Part shown: positions 25,796 through 35,047 of the stretch, one piece after another
Numbering within the stretch: position 1 is the stretch's first letter
Layout of the letters: each line of letters opens with the position of its first letter
Translations under genes and position numbers: made by a program
The notes under the pieces: generated by a model
The model's database searches: none
Told to the model about the DNA's origin: nothing
What the model saw: the letters and a program-made list of their open reading frames with translations, nothing else
DNA from: an uncultured Bacilli bacterium
Lineage (GTDB): Bacteria; Bacillota_I; Bacilli_A; RF39; UBA660
Length of the DNA: 64,000 bases
NCBI GenBank assembly: GCA_934085825.1
Contig: CAKOHR010000002.1
Coordinates: 113,682 to 177,681, forward strand
Direction: 5' to 3'

Positions 25796-27166
25796 CCAAT
25801 TTGATGTTGTAGCTGCTCTATAATCTTTTGTTGCATCACTATTATATCCAGGATATGTCCAATATGTTGGATCTGCTGCGTAGCCATAATCACTTACATA
25901 CATTAAACCCATTTTTGCTGTGTATTCTGTAGCATTATCTGTACTATTTGTCGTTACTGGATTTACTATTTCATTTTGATATGCTACATTCATTGCTGCT
26001 TCACCTATTTTTGTCCAAGTGTTTCCCCCAACTTTCCATGTTGTTGTCGCTATTTTATTTGCCCATTCTGTTCCTATATTTGTTATGAAATTTGTGTTTA
26101 AATTTGTTTTATTTAACATGCTTTCACTCCATGTGTTTTTACTTGTTGAGTTATTCCAATAATAGATATTTATTGTTGTCAAACTTCCTTTGTATGTGGA
26201 ATAGCTACTTTTCGAAAATATACTTGGTTTATAATCTCCATCTGTTCCAAGTAAATTACTATTTGCATAATCATATTTGATTACTTTTACTTTATCTCCA
26301 AATACTCCGATTATTCTATACAAATTATCTGTTGGACATGGCGTTGTATTGGTTCCAAAACATACATAGTTATTTGGATTTGCTCCAGCATATCTATATG
26401 AGTTATCTTCTGCTCCATTTGCTAAGCTTGCATCATGATAATACATTCCATTATCTCCTTGTGTTCCTGTGTAAAGTTTTGCTACATGACATGATAATGT
26501 ATTATCATTACAATTTGTGTGTAAAGCATATTTTTCCTTTTGTACCATAACTTTGGCACTCATACTTTTGCCAGCATTGTTATTTTGGCTTGCATCATAG
26601 TTTACAAATGTTACTGCTATATTCCACTGTTCTTCTTTACTTGGTGTTGCTGTTATTTCTCTGTTATTAAATAGTGTTATTACTCCCTTTTTATTTGTTA
26701 TGTCATATCCAGAGATACTTGTACCACTTGCATCTTTTACAGAGGTATGTGTTAAACCAGCAATATCTGTTATTTCGGTTCCTGTGCTATCAGTTACTGT
26801 CATTATTATTTCTGGGGTACTATCATCTATTGAATATGTAAATGTATTATTTTCAATATTTAAATAAACATAATAATGTTCTGTTGCGGTATTAGTCTTG
26901 TTATTGGCTGTTAGATTTACTTTAGCAAAAGTGTTTCCAACTCGATTTCCTTTTCCACTTGCAAAATTATCTTGATCTAGTGTAAAGGAAATAGGATTAC
27001 CTACCGAAAATGTAAATGTATCTACGGTGTAAGATGAAACCTTGATATCTGCAGATTTTGGGTCTCCACCTTGAGCTTTAAAATAGGCATATGTTGCCCC
27101 TACCACTAGTAATACTAGGGTTATTATTGTTATTACACTTAGAATAATTGATTTCTTTTTTGACAT
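25592..27166 (-). CDS. Secreted protein with a SipW-cognate signal peptide and a DUF6273-like C-terminal domain (GVRP motif)
   Basis: N-terminal LVVGATYAYF. C-terminal ...GLWEWTISRY...SAFLLNSDGFVDRSYVDNGSGGVRPSFNLESS resembles the W-W-x-R-S-P...GVRPAL C-terminal module. Promoter TTGAAT-17-TATAAT and an AAAGGAG Shine-Dalgarno sequence. Confidence 0.5.
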   Translation of the reverse strand: MSKKKSIILSVITIITLVLLVVGATYAYFKAQGGDPKSADIKVSSYTVDTFTFSVGNPISFTLDQDNFASGKGNRVGNTFAKVNLTANNKTNTATEHYYVYLNIENNTFTYSIDDSTPEIIMTVTDSTGTEITDIAGLTHTSVKDASGTSISGYDITNKKGVITLFNNREITATPSKEEQWNIAVTFVNYDASQNNNAGKSMSAKVMVQKEKYALHTNCNDNTLSCHVAKLYTGTQGDNGMYYHDASLANGAEDNSYRYAGANPNNYVCFGTNTTPCPTDNLYRIIGVFGDKVKVIKYDYANSNLLGTDGDYKPSIFSKSSYSTYKGSLTTINIYYWNNSTSKNTWSESMLNKTNLNTNFITNIGTEWANKIATTTWKVGGNTWTKIGEAAMNVAYQNEIVNPVTTNSTDNATEYTAKMGLMYVSDYGYAADPTYWTYPGYNSDATKDYRAATTSNWMFMGLWEWTISRYADIPRSAFLLNSDGFVDRSYVDNGSGGVRPSFNLESSITYVSGSGSADDPMVIN

Positions 27167-27293
27167 ATAACTTGCTCCTTTTTATCATAAGTCAATTATA
27201 TAATAAATTGATATTTTATTCAATGATTTTTTAAAATAATATTGCCAAAAATATATTTTTAAGGTAAAATTAATATAGAGAGAAGGTATACAA

Positions 27294-28055
27294 ATGAAAA
27301 ATAATGTTAATGACTTAGATTATTCTGTTGAAACTTTTTTTAATCACGACGGGTCAAAAAAAGATACAAAAATAGATGAATCAATAAAAACTTTTTTTAA
27401 TAATGATGGTACTAAAAAAAGTTCAAGAATGGATGAAGTTGTTAGAAAAAGTACTAAATGTACTCCCACTAAAAATGTAAGACGTGTTAAACAAAAACCA
27501 AAAGGAACGAAAAAATTTGCTATAAAAATTATTGTTCTAGTTGCCGTCGGTACTGGTCTTGTAACTACAACTAGTCAATTAAAGACTGCTATAGATACTA
27601 CTAATGAGGCTTTTGCTGTTAGAAGTACCATTGGAAGTTCAGTAAGTGATAATATAAATTATGGTTCATATAATCCAAATGAACAAAAACCATATTGGGA
27701 TTATGATGTTGATTCTATGGCGCAGGATGTTTTAACTAAAAATAAAGAATATGATATTGATACAAGAATATATGGATGTTATTCTAGATTAAATGATTAT
27801 AGAAAAGAATTCTATATGAATAAAATTTTTGAAAAAATGTCTAAAATAGTTTCTAGTTCTCCAGATTCATATACTGATGAAGAAATAAAAGCTTGTTTAC
27901 ATGGTTCATTTGATAGTTATTTAGAAAGTAAAGGTGTTTCACGGGCAGAATATTGCAAAATAATGGATGAAGTTGTTCGAGCATATGCAAAAGAAAATAT
28001 ATCTCATGAAGAAATAAATGATTTATTAGAATCTATGAATGGAGGTTCAAGATGA
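27294..28055 (+). CDS. Hypothetical single-pass membrane protein (253 aa) with a duplicated N-terminal TFFN(H/N)DG(S/T)KK motif
   Basis: TM segment FAIKIIVLVAVGTGLVTTT; tandem ETFFNHDGSKKDT / KTFFNNDGTKKSS repeats; 4-nt overlap with the next gene. Confidence 0.5.
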   Translation: MKNNVNDLDYSVETFFNHDGSKKDTKIDESIKTFFNNDGTKKSSRMDEVVRKSTKCTPTKNVRRVKQKPKGTKKFAIKIIVLVAVGTGLVTTTSQLKTAIDTTNEAFAVRSTIGSSVSDNINYGSYNPNEQKPYWDYDVDSMAQDVLTKNKEYDIDTRIYGCYSRLNDYRKEFYMNKIFEKMSKIVSSSPDSYTDEEIKACLHGSFDSYLESKGVSRAEYCKIMDEVVRAYAKENISHEEINDLLESMNGGSR

Positions 28056-28288
28056 ATGAAAATGTAGAATTAGTAACATTAGATGATGGTAAAAATTATT
28101 TAGTTACTGCTGAACTTGTTATTAATAATATTAAATATATTTATTTAACTAATGAAGATGATGTTGCAGATTTTTGTATTAGAAAAATAAATAATATTAA
28201 TGGCGAAGAATATTTAGTTGGTTTGGAATCAAAAGATGAAGTTATGATGGTTCTTAAAGAATTTTCTACTAAATTTAAAAATGAATAA
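28052..28288 (+). CDS. DUF1292 (YrzB/UPF0473)-family small protein
   Basis: 78 aa; VTLDDGKNYLVTAELVINNIKYIYL...EEYLVGLESKDE matches the DUF1292 pattern (vtl.DedG.e.ef.v.......y..L....). Confidence 0.45.
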   Translation: MNENVELVTLDDGKNYLVTAELVINNIKYIYLTNEDDVADFCIRKINNINGEEYLVGLESKDEVMMVLKEFSTKFKNE

Positions 28289-28318
28289 AGCGTTTTGCTT
28301 TATTCATTTTTTAATATT
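28286..28318. terminator. Bidirectional terminator between the DUF1292 gene and proS
   Basis: AATAAAGC-gttt-GCTTTATT hairpin flanked by A and T runs. Confidence 0.55.
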
Positions 28319-29723
28319 GTCTTCCGATATATAATCTGGTTTTTGCTTCTTTGCCACATACTGAGCATGGACCAGTTATTTTTTCATTTTCAATTAAACA
28401 TCTTGATTTTATACCAAAATCATCTTTAACTTTATTTTCACATTCGACATTTCCACACCAATTAATTTTAATAAATCCGCCATCTTTTGTAGTAGCTATA
28501 TTTGTAATTTCATCATAATTGCTTGCTTCATATATCATACTATCACGTCTTGCCTTAGCTTTTTCAAACATATCTTTTTGAATTATCTTTAATAATTCAT
28601 TTATTTTTGGTACAATTTCTTCAAAAGTAACCTCTATTTTTTCTAAAGTGTCCCTTCTTACTAAAGTTACTTGATTCTTTTCTAAATCTCTCTTACCTAG
28701 TTCTATTCTAACTGGATATCCTTTTACTTCAGCTTCGGCAAATTTAAATCCTGGAGTTTTATCTCTTTCATCAACTTTAAATGTAATATTATTATTTTTT
28801 AAACTTTCTTTTAATTCTTCAAGTTTTTCTTTGACATCTCCGATTGGAATAATAATTGCCTTATATGGAGCAATTTTAGGTGGAAGTACAAGTCCATGAT
28901 CATCTCCATGGGTCATTATAATTGCTCCGATCATTCTAGTTGTAACTCCCCAGCTAGTTTGATATGGAGTTTTTTGTGTATTATCTTTATCAGTAAATTT
29001 AATACCAAATGCTTTAGCAAAATGATTACCAAAATAGTGACTTGTCCCATTTTGAAGAGCATAGCCATTATACATCATTGCTTCTAAAGTATATGTTTCT
29101 TCAGCACCTGCAAATTTTTCTTTTTCAGTCTTTTTACCTGTTATAACTGGTAAAGCTAAATAGTCTTCTTGAAAAGTTTTATAAACATTAAACATTCTAA
29201 GTGTTTCTTCTCTAGCCTCTTTGCTAGTAGCATGCATTGTATGCCCTTCTTGCCATAATATTTCTCTACTTCTTAGAAATGGTCTAGTTGTTTTTTCCCA
29301 TCTTACTATTGTACACCACTGATTATAAAGAATTGGTAAATCTCTATAGGTATTAATTATTTTTTTATAATGGTCACAAAATAATACTTCACTAGTTGGT
29401 CTTACACACATTCTTTCTTCAAGTTTTTCTTTACCGCCATGTGTAACCCAAGCAACTTCTGGAGCAAATCCTTCAACATGTTCTTTTTCAATATTTAAAA
29501 GTGACTCAGGAATAAACATAGGCATTTGTACATTTTCATGCCCTGTTTCTTTAAACATTCTATCAAGTACTTTTTGCATTTCTTCCCAGATAGCATAACC
29601 AAGTGGTCTTATAATCATACTTCCTTTAACACTTGAGTAATCTACTAAATCAGCTTTTTTACATACATCTGTATACCATTTAGCAAAATCTACATCTCTA
29701 TTTGTTATATCTTTTACTTCCAT
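28311..29723 (-). CDS. proS: Prolyl-tRNA synthetase, archaeal/eukaryotic-type class II (C-terminal zinc-binding domain)
   Basis: 470 aa; class II motifs; C-terminal CGNVECENKV...CSVCGKEA; no bacterial-type insertion domain. Confidence 0.85.
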   Translation of the reverse strand: MEVKDITNRDVDFAKWYTDVCKKADLVDYSSVKGSMIIRPLGYAIWEEMQKVLDRMFKETGHENVQMPMFIPESLLNIEKEHVEGFAPEVAWVTHGGKEKLEERMCVRPTSEVLFCDHYKKIINTYRDLPILYNQWCTIVRWEKTTRPFLRSREILWQEGHTMHATSKEAREETLRMFNVYKTFQEDYLALPVITGKKTEKEKFAGAEETYTLEAMMYNGYALQNGTSHYFGNHFAKAFGIKFTDKDNTQKTPYQTSWGVTTRMIGAIIMTHGDDHGLVLPPKIAPYKAIIIPIGDVKEKLEELKESLKNNNITFKVDERDKTPGFKFAEAEVKGYPVRIELGKRDLEKNQVTLVRRDTLEKIEVTFEEIVPKINELLKIIQKDMFEKAKARRDSMIYEASNYDEITNIATTKDGGFIKINWCGNVECENKVKDDFGIKSRCLIENEKITGPCSVCGKEAKTRLYIGRQY

Positions 29724-29731
29724 AAACTCAC

Positions 29732-29950
29732 CTATTCTGCTTTAAATTCTTTTAATTCATTATCTTCAGTTAAAATTTTATTTACTTTTTGCGTAGCATC
29801 ATTTAATTTTTCACCACAATACTTAGCTAATTTCATAGCTTCAGTATATTTATTAATTGCATCATCTAAATTTACATTACCACTTTCTAACTCTTTAACT
29901 ATAGTTTCTAGCTCCTCAAGTGAACTTTCAAAATTTTTATTTTCTTCCAT
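29732..29950 (-). CDS. xseB: Exodeoxyribonuclease VII small subunit
   Basis: 72 aa; LEELETIVKELESGNVNLDDAINKYTEAMKL is the XseB signature. Confidence 0.85.
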   Translation of the reverse strand: MEENKNFESSLEELETIVKELESGNVNLDDAINKYTEAMKLAKYCGEKLNDATQKVNKILTEDNELKEFKAE

Positions 29951-29982
29951 ATTTGTTCTTCCTTTCTTTTTTATTATAACAT

Positions 29983-30822
29983 TTATTTTAATAATTTACT
30001 ATTGCTAGTTATTTTATCTTTATTTTCTTTTTCTAATACTTTTAAACTTTTTTCTGGAGTTGGATAATCTTCTGGCATTGTTCCTCCCAGTTCTTTTATA
30101 GTATTTCTTATTTTTTTACCTACTTCGTAGTGCACATCATTTGCATTTACTTCTCCCTTAACATTATCTCTTTTTAATTTTTGTTCTGTTTGAGAAATTC
30201 TAAAAAGATTTGCTATTAGTTCATCACTGCCCATATTATCTAAAATATCTTCTCTATATCTTAATCCTTTTCTTTTGGCAATGTCATTAGCAGCCTCACC
30301 ATTATATAATCCTTTATAACCAGCATTATGAAACTTATCAAAATTCTTTACTCCAGCATCTTTAGCTGCTTGGTTCAAAGAATAATTACCTTTTTTAGTT
30401 AAATTTCTTTGATAAAATCTTTTTTCATCTTCTGTTAAACTAGAATATTCTCTTTCTGAAATTTCTTGTTTTCTAGTTTGAACAGCAAAATATGTTTGTG
30501 CAAGAGCTATCGTCTTCTTTCTTGAATCACCATTTTGAGCAATTAAGTAACATGCATAGCGGGATAATTTATAATCTTCGATTTTTCTTTTTGTTTTAGA
30601 CCCTATTTCGACCATTTTTCCCAAGTGGGAAAAATGGTCATCAATAGCATAATTGCTATTTTTACAAGAAATTGTCGCATTATTAATTACATTATTGAAT
30701 TTATCCCACCTTTTATATTCTAAAACAACCATGAGTTCCCTTGCAAGCCAATAATCATTACCATTTTCATCAACATGTTTTACATTTTCAAAAATACTAT
30801 TATTTAGCATTAATTCATTCAT
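29983..30822 (-). CDS. dinD: DNA-damage-inducible protein D (DinD)-family protein, inserted between xseA and xseB
   Basis: Motifs LSRYACYLIAQNGD, QTYFAVQTRKQE, GYKGLYNGEA, RKGL, ILDNMGSDELIANLFRISQTEQKLKRD and ELGGTMPEDYPTP match the DinD family along its whole length. Confidence 0.7.
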   Translation of the reverse strand: MNELMLNNSIFENVKHVDENGNDYWLARELMVVLEYKRWDKFNNVINNATISCKNSNYAIDDHFSHLGKMVEIGSKTKRKIEDYKLSRYACYLIAQNGDSRKKTIALAQTYFAVQTRKQEISEREYSSLTEDEKRFYQRNLTKKGNYSLNQAAKDAGVKNFDKFHNAGYKGLYNGEAANDIAKRKGLRYREDILDNMGSDELIANLFRISQTEQKLKRDNVKGEVNANDVHYEVGKKIRNTIKELGGTMPEDYPTPEKSLKVLEKENKDKITSNSKLLK

Positions 30823-30927
30823 TTTTCATTCCCCCTTAAATTGTATTTACAAATTATTTATTTAACTTCACATTTTTTCCAATAAATCCTACCATTTTAT
30901 CGGCACCGACAAAATGGTAAATATTAC

Positions 30928-32187
30928 TTATTTTTCTACAACTTTAGCTTTAATAGCCCCTTCATGTAACTTAACATTAATAATATCATCAATATTTACG
31001 TCATTACTAGATTTAATTACTTTATTATTAATTGTTGCTAGTGAATAACCTTTTTCTAAAATGCCTAGGGGATTAACAAGTTTCAATGTATTAATCAGTA
31101 GATTATATTCATTTTTCTTTTTATCAATTAAACTCATTGGATTTTGAAGAGCAACAGACATTTTAACTTTATTAAGCTTTATTTCATTATTTTGAATTAT
31201 TACTTTAATATCTTTATTTAATTTATCTATTAAAGTATCCAATTTTTGTTCTTTCATTTCATACATAGTCATTGGATTTTTTAAAATAAAACTATTTTTT
31301 AAACTTCTCCATTTAATAAATTTAGTATTAACCATATTCTTAATATTCTTATTAAGTCTAATCTTATAATTATTAAGTAAAGTATTTATATCTAATACCG
31401 TTGGCACTGCCATTTCTGCAGCTCCGGTCGGAGTAGGAGCCCGCAGGTCTGCTACAAAATCTGCTATTGTCCAATCAATTTCATGACCAACAGCACTTAT
31501 AATCGGGGTCCTACATTCGTAAATTGCATGAGCTACTATTTCTTCGTTAAATGCCCACAAATCTTCAATTGAACCTCCTCCACGGCCAACAATAATAGTA
31601 TCTACACCAAACTCATCAGCTCTTTTAATTTGTCTTACAATATCTGGAGCAGCGTCTTTACCTTGAACTAAACAAGGAAAAAGTATTGCTTCACAAACTG
31701 GGTATCTTCTTCTTATTGTACTCATGATATCCCTTACAGCTGCTCCCGTTGATGCCGTAATAACTCCGATTTTTTCAGGAAATTTTGGTATTGCTTTTTT
31801 ATGCATTGCATCAAATAAACCAACTGATGCTAATTTTTTCTTTAATTTTTCATATTCAACATATAAAGCTCCTAGACCATCTGGTTCCATTTTTTCTATA
31901 TATACCTGATAACTACCTTGTGCTGGATATGCACTAATTCTACCTTCTACTAAAACATTCATTCCATCTTCTGGTGTAAATGTAAGTTTGGCAGCACTAC
32001 TTTGAAACATAACAGCACTAAGTCTTGATGTATCATCTTTTAATGTTAAGTAAAGATGACCTCTTGTATGACTTTTAAAATTACTAATTTCTCCTTTTAA
32101 ATATACTTTATTTAAAAATGTATTATCGTCTAACAAGTTTTTGATGTAATTGTTTAAATCACTTATTTTAATGTATTCTTTGTCCAT
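30928..32187 (-). CDS. xseA: Exodeoxyribonuclease VII large subunit
   Basis: 419 aa; N-terminal OB-fold (VYLKGEISNFKSHTRGHLYLTLKD); catalytic core; C-terminal coiled coil. Confidence 0.9.
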   Translation of the reverse strand: MDKEYIKISDLNNYIKNLLDDNTFLNKVYLKGEISNFKSHTRGHLYLTLKDDTSRLSAVMFQSSAAKLTFTPEDGMNVLVEGRISAYPAQGSYQVYIEKMEPDGLGALYVEYEKLKKKLASVGLFDAMHKKAIPKFPEKIGVITASTGAAVRDIMSTIRRRYPVCEAILFPCLVQGKDAAPDIVRQIKRADEFGVDTIIVGRGGGSIEDLWAFNEEIVAHAIYECRTPIISAVGHEIDWTIADFVADLRAPTPTGAAEMAVPTVLDINTLLNNYKIRLNKNIKNMVNTKFIKWRSLKNSFILKNPMTMYEMKEQKLDTLIDKLNKDIKVIIQNNEIKLNKVKMSVALQNPMSLIDKKKNEYNLLINTLKLVNPLGILEKGYSLATINNKVIKSSNDVNIDDIINVKLHEGAIKAKVVEK

Positions 32188-32974
32188 CTATAAGTCCCCT
32201 TTCTATAAGTATTTTTGTTATGCAATCATAATTAATTTTATATAAATACATATTTTCTTTTATAGTTGCAAAATTTAGTATTTCATAATATTTGTCGCGT
32301 ACATCAAATAAAGCTTTTTCAACTGTTTTGGGTGATAGTTTATAGTATATATCTAAGACAATGTCATAAAATTCACTACCTAATGTTGCAATAAAATATT
32401 CAAATTGTTCTAAATTTTTTTCTAGATTACTTGGTAATATTTTGTTTTGTAAATCAAATTCAGTATATTTTTTTAAAGTTTCATTTTCACTTAACTTGGG
32501 TCTAAGTTTTACTTTATCAAATCCACTAAAAAGCATTTCATTATCTAGAATATAAAAGTCTATGTTATCATTCTTTTTTAGTAATCCAAAATTAAATAAG
32601 TGCCTATCATCATATAATAAAATTGTATCAAATATAAATATTTTGATAATTTGCTTCATTAGTTTTGGTGTATCTTTTGGATACTTCTCTTCTAGAATAC
32701 TCCATATTTCATATAAGCTTAGATTTACTATTCCAGCATCAGCAGCATCTTTATATTCTCCATCATTATTTAAATCATAACTTAAATAATAATATTCTCC
32801 ATCAATGGAAATTATTTTATCATTTGCTGTATTAATACCACATAAGTTTGCTAAATAATTTCCTATAAGTTCATTCCCACCATCTTCAACTAATTTAAGA
32901 TAATATTTTTTCCCTTTGAGAGATACAAAACATGGCGCTAGATCCACTTTAGATTTTAAATTTTCTTCATTCAT
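32168..32974 (-). CDS. HipA-like (CtkA/HipA C-terminal domain) putative Ser/Thr kinase, standalone
   Basis: FIFDTILLYDDRHLFNFGLL vs the HipA catalytic loop vfNvliGNtDDHlKNfSLL. NELIGNYLANLCGI vs HipA EhLtMrLAraaGI. Overlaps the xseA start by 20 nt. Confidence 0.45.
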   Translation of the reverse strand: MNEENLKSKVDLAPCFVSLKGKKYYLKLVEDGGNELIGNYLANLCGINTANDKIISIDGEYYYLSYDLNNDGEYKDAADAGIVNLSLYEIWSILEEKYPKDTPKLMKQIIKIFIFDTILLYDDRHLFNFGLLKKNDNIDFYILDNEMLFSGFDKVKLRPKLSENETLKKYTEFDLQNKILPSNLEKNLEQFEYFIATLGSEFYDIVLDIYYKLSPKTVEKALFDVRDKYYEILNFATIKENMYLYKINYDCITKILIERGLIDGQRIH

Positions 32975-32976
32975 GT

Positions 32977-33372
32977 TTACTCTTTAATGTACTTATCTAA
33001 AACAGCATTAACTATTTTTCTAACCGCATCATCACAATATTTTTTAGCAAGTTCAATAGCTTCATTAATTACTACTATTTCAGGAGTATCAGTAAATTTC
33101 AATTCATATAAACCCATTCTTAAAATAGCTGCGCCAGTTTTATCAATTCTATCTATAGTCCATCCATCAATATATTTATTTGCAATTTCATCTAAAGAAT
33201 CTTTATAAGTTGTAACTCCATATACAATATCTTTAACAAATTCGTTATCAATTTGTAAATTTTCTTTTATTACTTCATCAATTTCAAACGGGACTTTTCT
33301 ATCTTCATAAATGTCAATTTGATATAAAATAATCATTGCTATATTTCTTAATTCACTTCTAGTTTTTGTCAT
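32977..33372 (-). CDS. nusB: Transcription antitermination factor NusB
   Basis: 131 aa; RSELRNIAMIILYQ N-terminus and conserved NusB helices. Confidence 0.85.
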   Translation of the reverse strand: MTKTRSELRNIAMIILYQIDIYEDRKVPFEIDEVIKENLQIDNEFVKDIVYGVTTYKDSLDEIANKYIDGWTIDRIDKTGAAILRMGLYELKFTDTPEIVVINEAIELAKKYCDDAVRKIVNAVLDKYIKE

Positions 33373-33486
33373 AACCGCACCTCGCGTATAAATTATAACA
33401 AATTTTCAGATAAATTCATAGATATTTTTGAAAAGAATGTAACATTTTTTGTCACATTCTTTCTTTATTTTACTTGTAGTTATTAT

Positions 33487-33948
33487 CTATTTTAGATTTG
33501 CTTCAATTATTAACTGATTACCTTTTCTTACCTGGTCACAAGTTGTTAAAATTAATTGATTTTCTTTATTTTTTATCTTTATCTTACCATTTTTCTTCTC
33601 ACTTCTAATATTTGCAATTTCATATTTTAAAATTTTATCTTTAAACTTGAGATATATTTCATCATCCTTTTCCAAATATTTTAAATCATTAAAATATGCA
33701 AGATTACCTGTGCCAGAATGAGCTGCTAAAATATAAGTATTTTCAATATTAGAATTTATCAAAGTGACATTTTTATCAACATCATTTAATTTGTTATTAA
33801 TATCATAAAAACCATGAGTCATATTTAATGTAGGTATTATAAGATAACCATAATAATTACTTTTATCTAAAGAAATATCATTTTTTATGATTTCTTTTTT
33901 ACATCCCATCAACAAAAGTAATAAAAATACTAACCATATTTTTTTCAT
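33487..33948 (-). CDS. Minimal sortase-family transpeptidase with a lipoprotein-type signal (LLLMGC)
   Basis: His motif ILAAHSG; Cys motif LILTTCDQ followed by Arg (VRKGNQ); 153 aa. Confidence 0.5.
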   Translation of the reverse strand: MKKIWLVFLLLLLMGCKKEIIKNDISLDKSNYYGYLIIPTLNMTHGFYDINNKLNDVDKNVTLINSNIENTYILAAHSGTGNLAYFNDLKYLEKDDEIYLKFKDKILKYEIANIRSEKKNGKIKIKNKENQLILTTCDQVRKGNQLIIEANLK

Positions 33949-34931
33949 TCAAAATAGCACTTTTTCTTATAATAGATAATACTATACTCACTTACTTCAG
34001 TATTAGGTACATCTATTAATATTTCTTCATTATCTAAAACATCTTGATTATCTTTTTTATTATCTGAATCTATTTCTTCTTTTATTGTTTTTTCATTTAG
34101 AACTTTATCTTCTTCAGCATTCTTTATAACATCTTCATTATTTTCTTCATCTTTTGAATTATTAATAACCTCATCTTTCTTAACATACTTATAAAATATG
34201 CCTTCCCCGAATATATATAAATAATTACTACTGTCAGAAAAATCACATATTTTTCCATTTATTTCTATTTTTTCTGGATATGCTGGTTTATCAAAATAAT
34301 ATAATTTTCCTTTTCTAGTTGCATTATCAATCTCCAAGTCTTCTTCACTATATATTCCATCTATAAAATATCTTGATACATTTGCTGTTCTATCCATTTT
34401 AACAAGTTCACTAGTAACCCTAGCAGTCTTATTATCTTTTATAAAGTATTTTCCAGCTGGCAAAATTACTTCACAACTACTTTTACTTTTGCAAATACTC
34501 ACTTCATTAAAATTTTCATCATAGATAGTTATGTCAGTATCACTATCTACACTTTCAATATATTTTCCATAACCACGATATATTGTTTTAAAAGTAACAT
34601 TCATATTTTTTACTTTTCTGTCAAACTTAATTATTTTACTTTCATCATGTAAAATAATATCATCCATTTTTTCATAAGCACTATTACTAGTAGTTTCCAC
34701 AATTTTAATATTTAAACCTTTATTATAATAATATATTTTATTATTTGAATTCAAAAATACTCTTTCTATAAAAGCATTTGTATCATTATTATAAATTTCA
34801 ATAGTTAAATTGGAATATGTCATATCAATTTCAAATTTTACATAATTTTTATTATTTACCTCCGTTTCTGCACCATAGCAATTTGTTACTCCGATTAGCA
34901 TTAAAGCTAAAAATACTGCAATTTTTTTCAT
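33945..34931 (-). CDS. Secreted hypothetical protein (328 aa), co-transcribed upstream of the sortase-like gene
   Basis: Signal peptide; acidic C-terminal region; no LPXTG motif; 4-nt overlap with the sortase start. Confidence 0.45.
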   Translation of the reverse strand: MKKIAVFLALMLIGVTNCYGAETEVNNKNYVKFEIDMTYSNLTIEIYNNDTNAFIERVFLNSNNKIYYYNKGLNIKIVETTSNSAYEKMDDIILHDESKIIKFDRKVKNMNVTFKTIYRGYGKYIESVDSDTDITIYDENFNEVSICKSKSSCEVILPAGKYFIKDNKTARVTSELVKMDRTANVSRYFIDGIYSEEDLEIDNATRKGKLYYFDKPAYPEKIEINGKICDFSDSSNYLYIFGEGIFYKYVKKDEVINNSKDEENNEDVIKNAEEDKVLNEKTIKEEIDSDNKKDNQDVLDNEEILIDVPNTEVSEYSIIYYKKKCYFE

Positions 34932-35047
34932 ATAATTTCATCTCCTCGAGAAATAATCTAACACTAAAATATCTAAAAGTACATAGGAGATTTTGACAAA
35001 AAAAGAAGGATTTTCATCCTTCATGTCGATTTTTGTTAAATTATATA

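Noticed and set aside
3060-26550. Numerous 60-130-aa ORFs antisense to or inside large genes (e.g. 3060-3257, 5103-5351, 5795-6004, 9679-10109, 18443-19091, 20416-21099, 26092-26550).
   Set aside because: They are embedded in well-supported genes (fpg, polA, pbpB, ileS, etc.). Their content is low-complexity Leu/Ile/Phe/Ser as expected from antisense AT-rich codons, and no Shine-Dalgarno sequences were seen.
33373-33486. 12-bp-stem hairpin (AAGAATGTAACA/TGTCACATTCTT) between the sortase-like gene and nusB, oriented as a plus-strand terminator.
   Set aside because: No plus-strand transcription unit lies nearby. It is probably an incidental or bidirectional structure, so it was not called as a feature.
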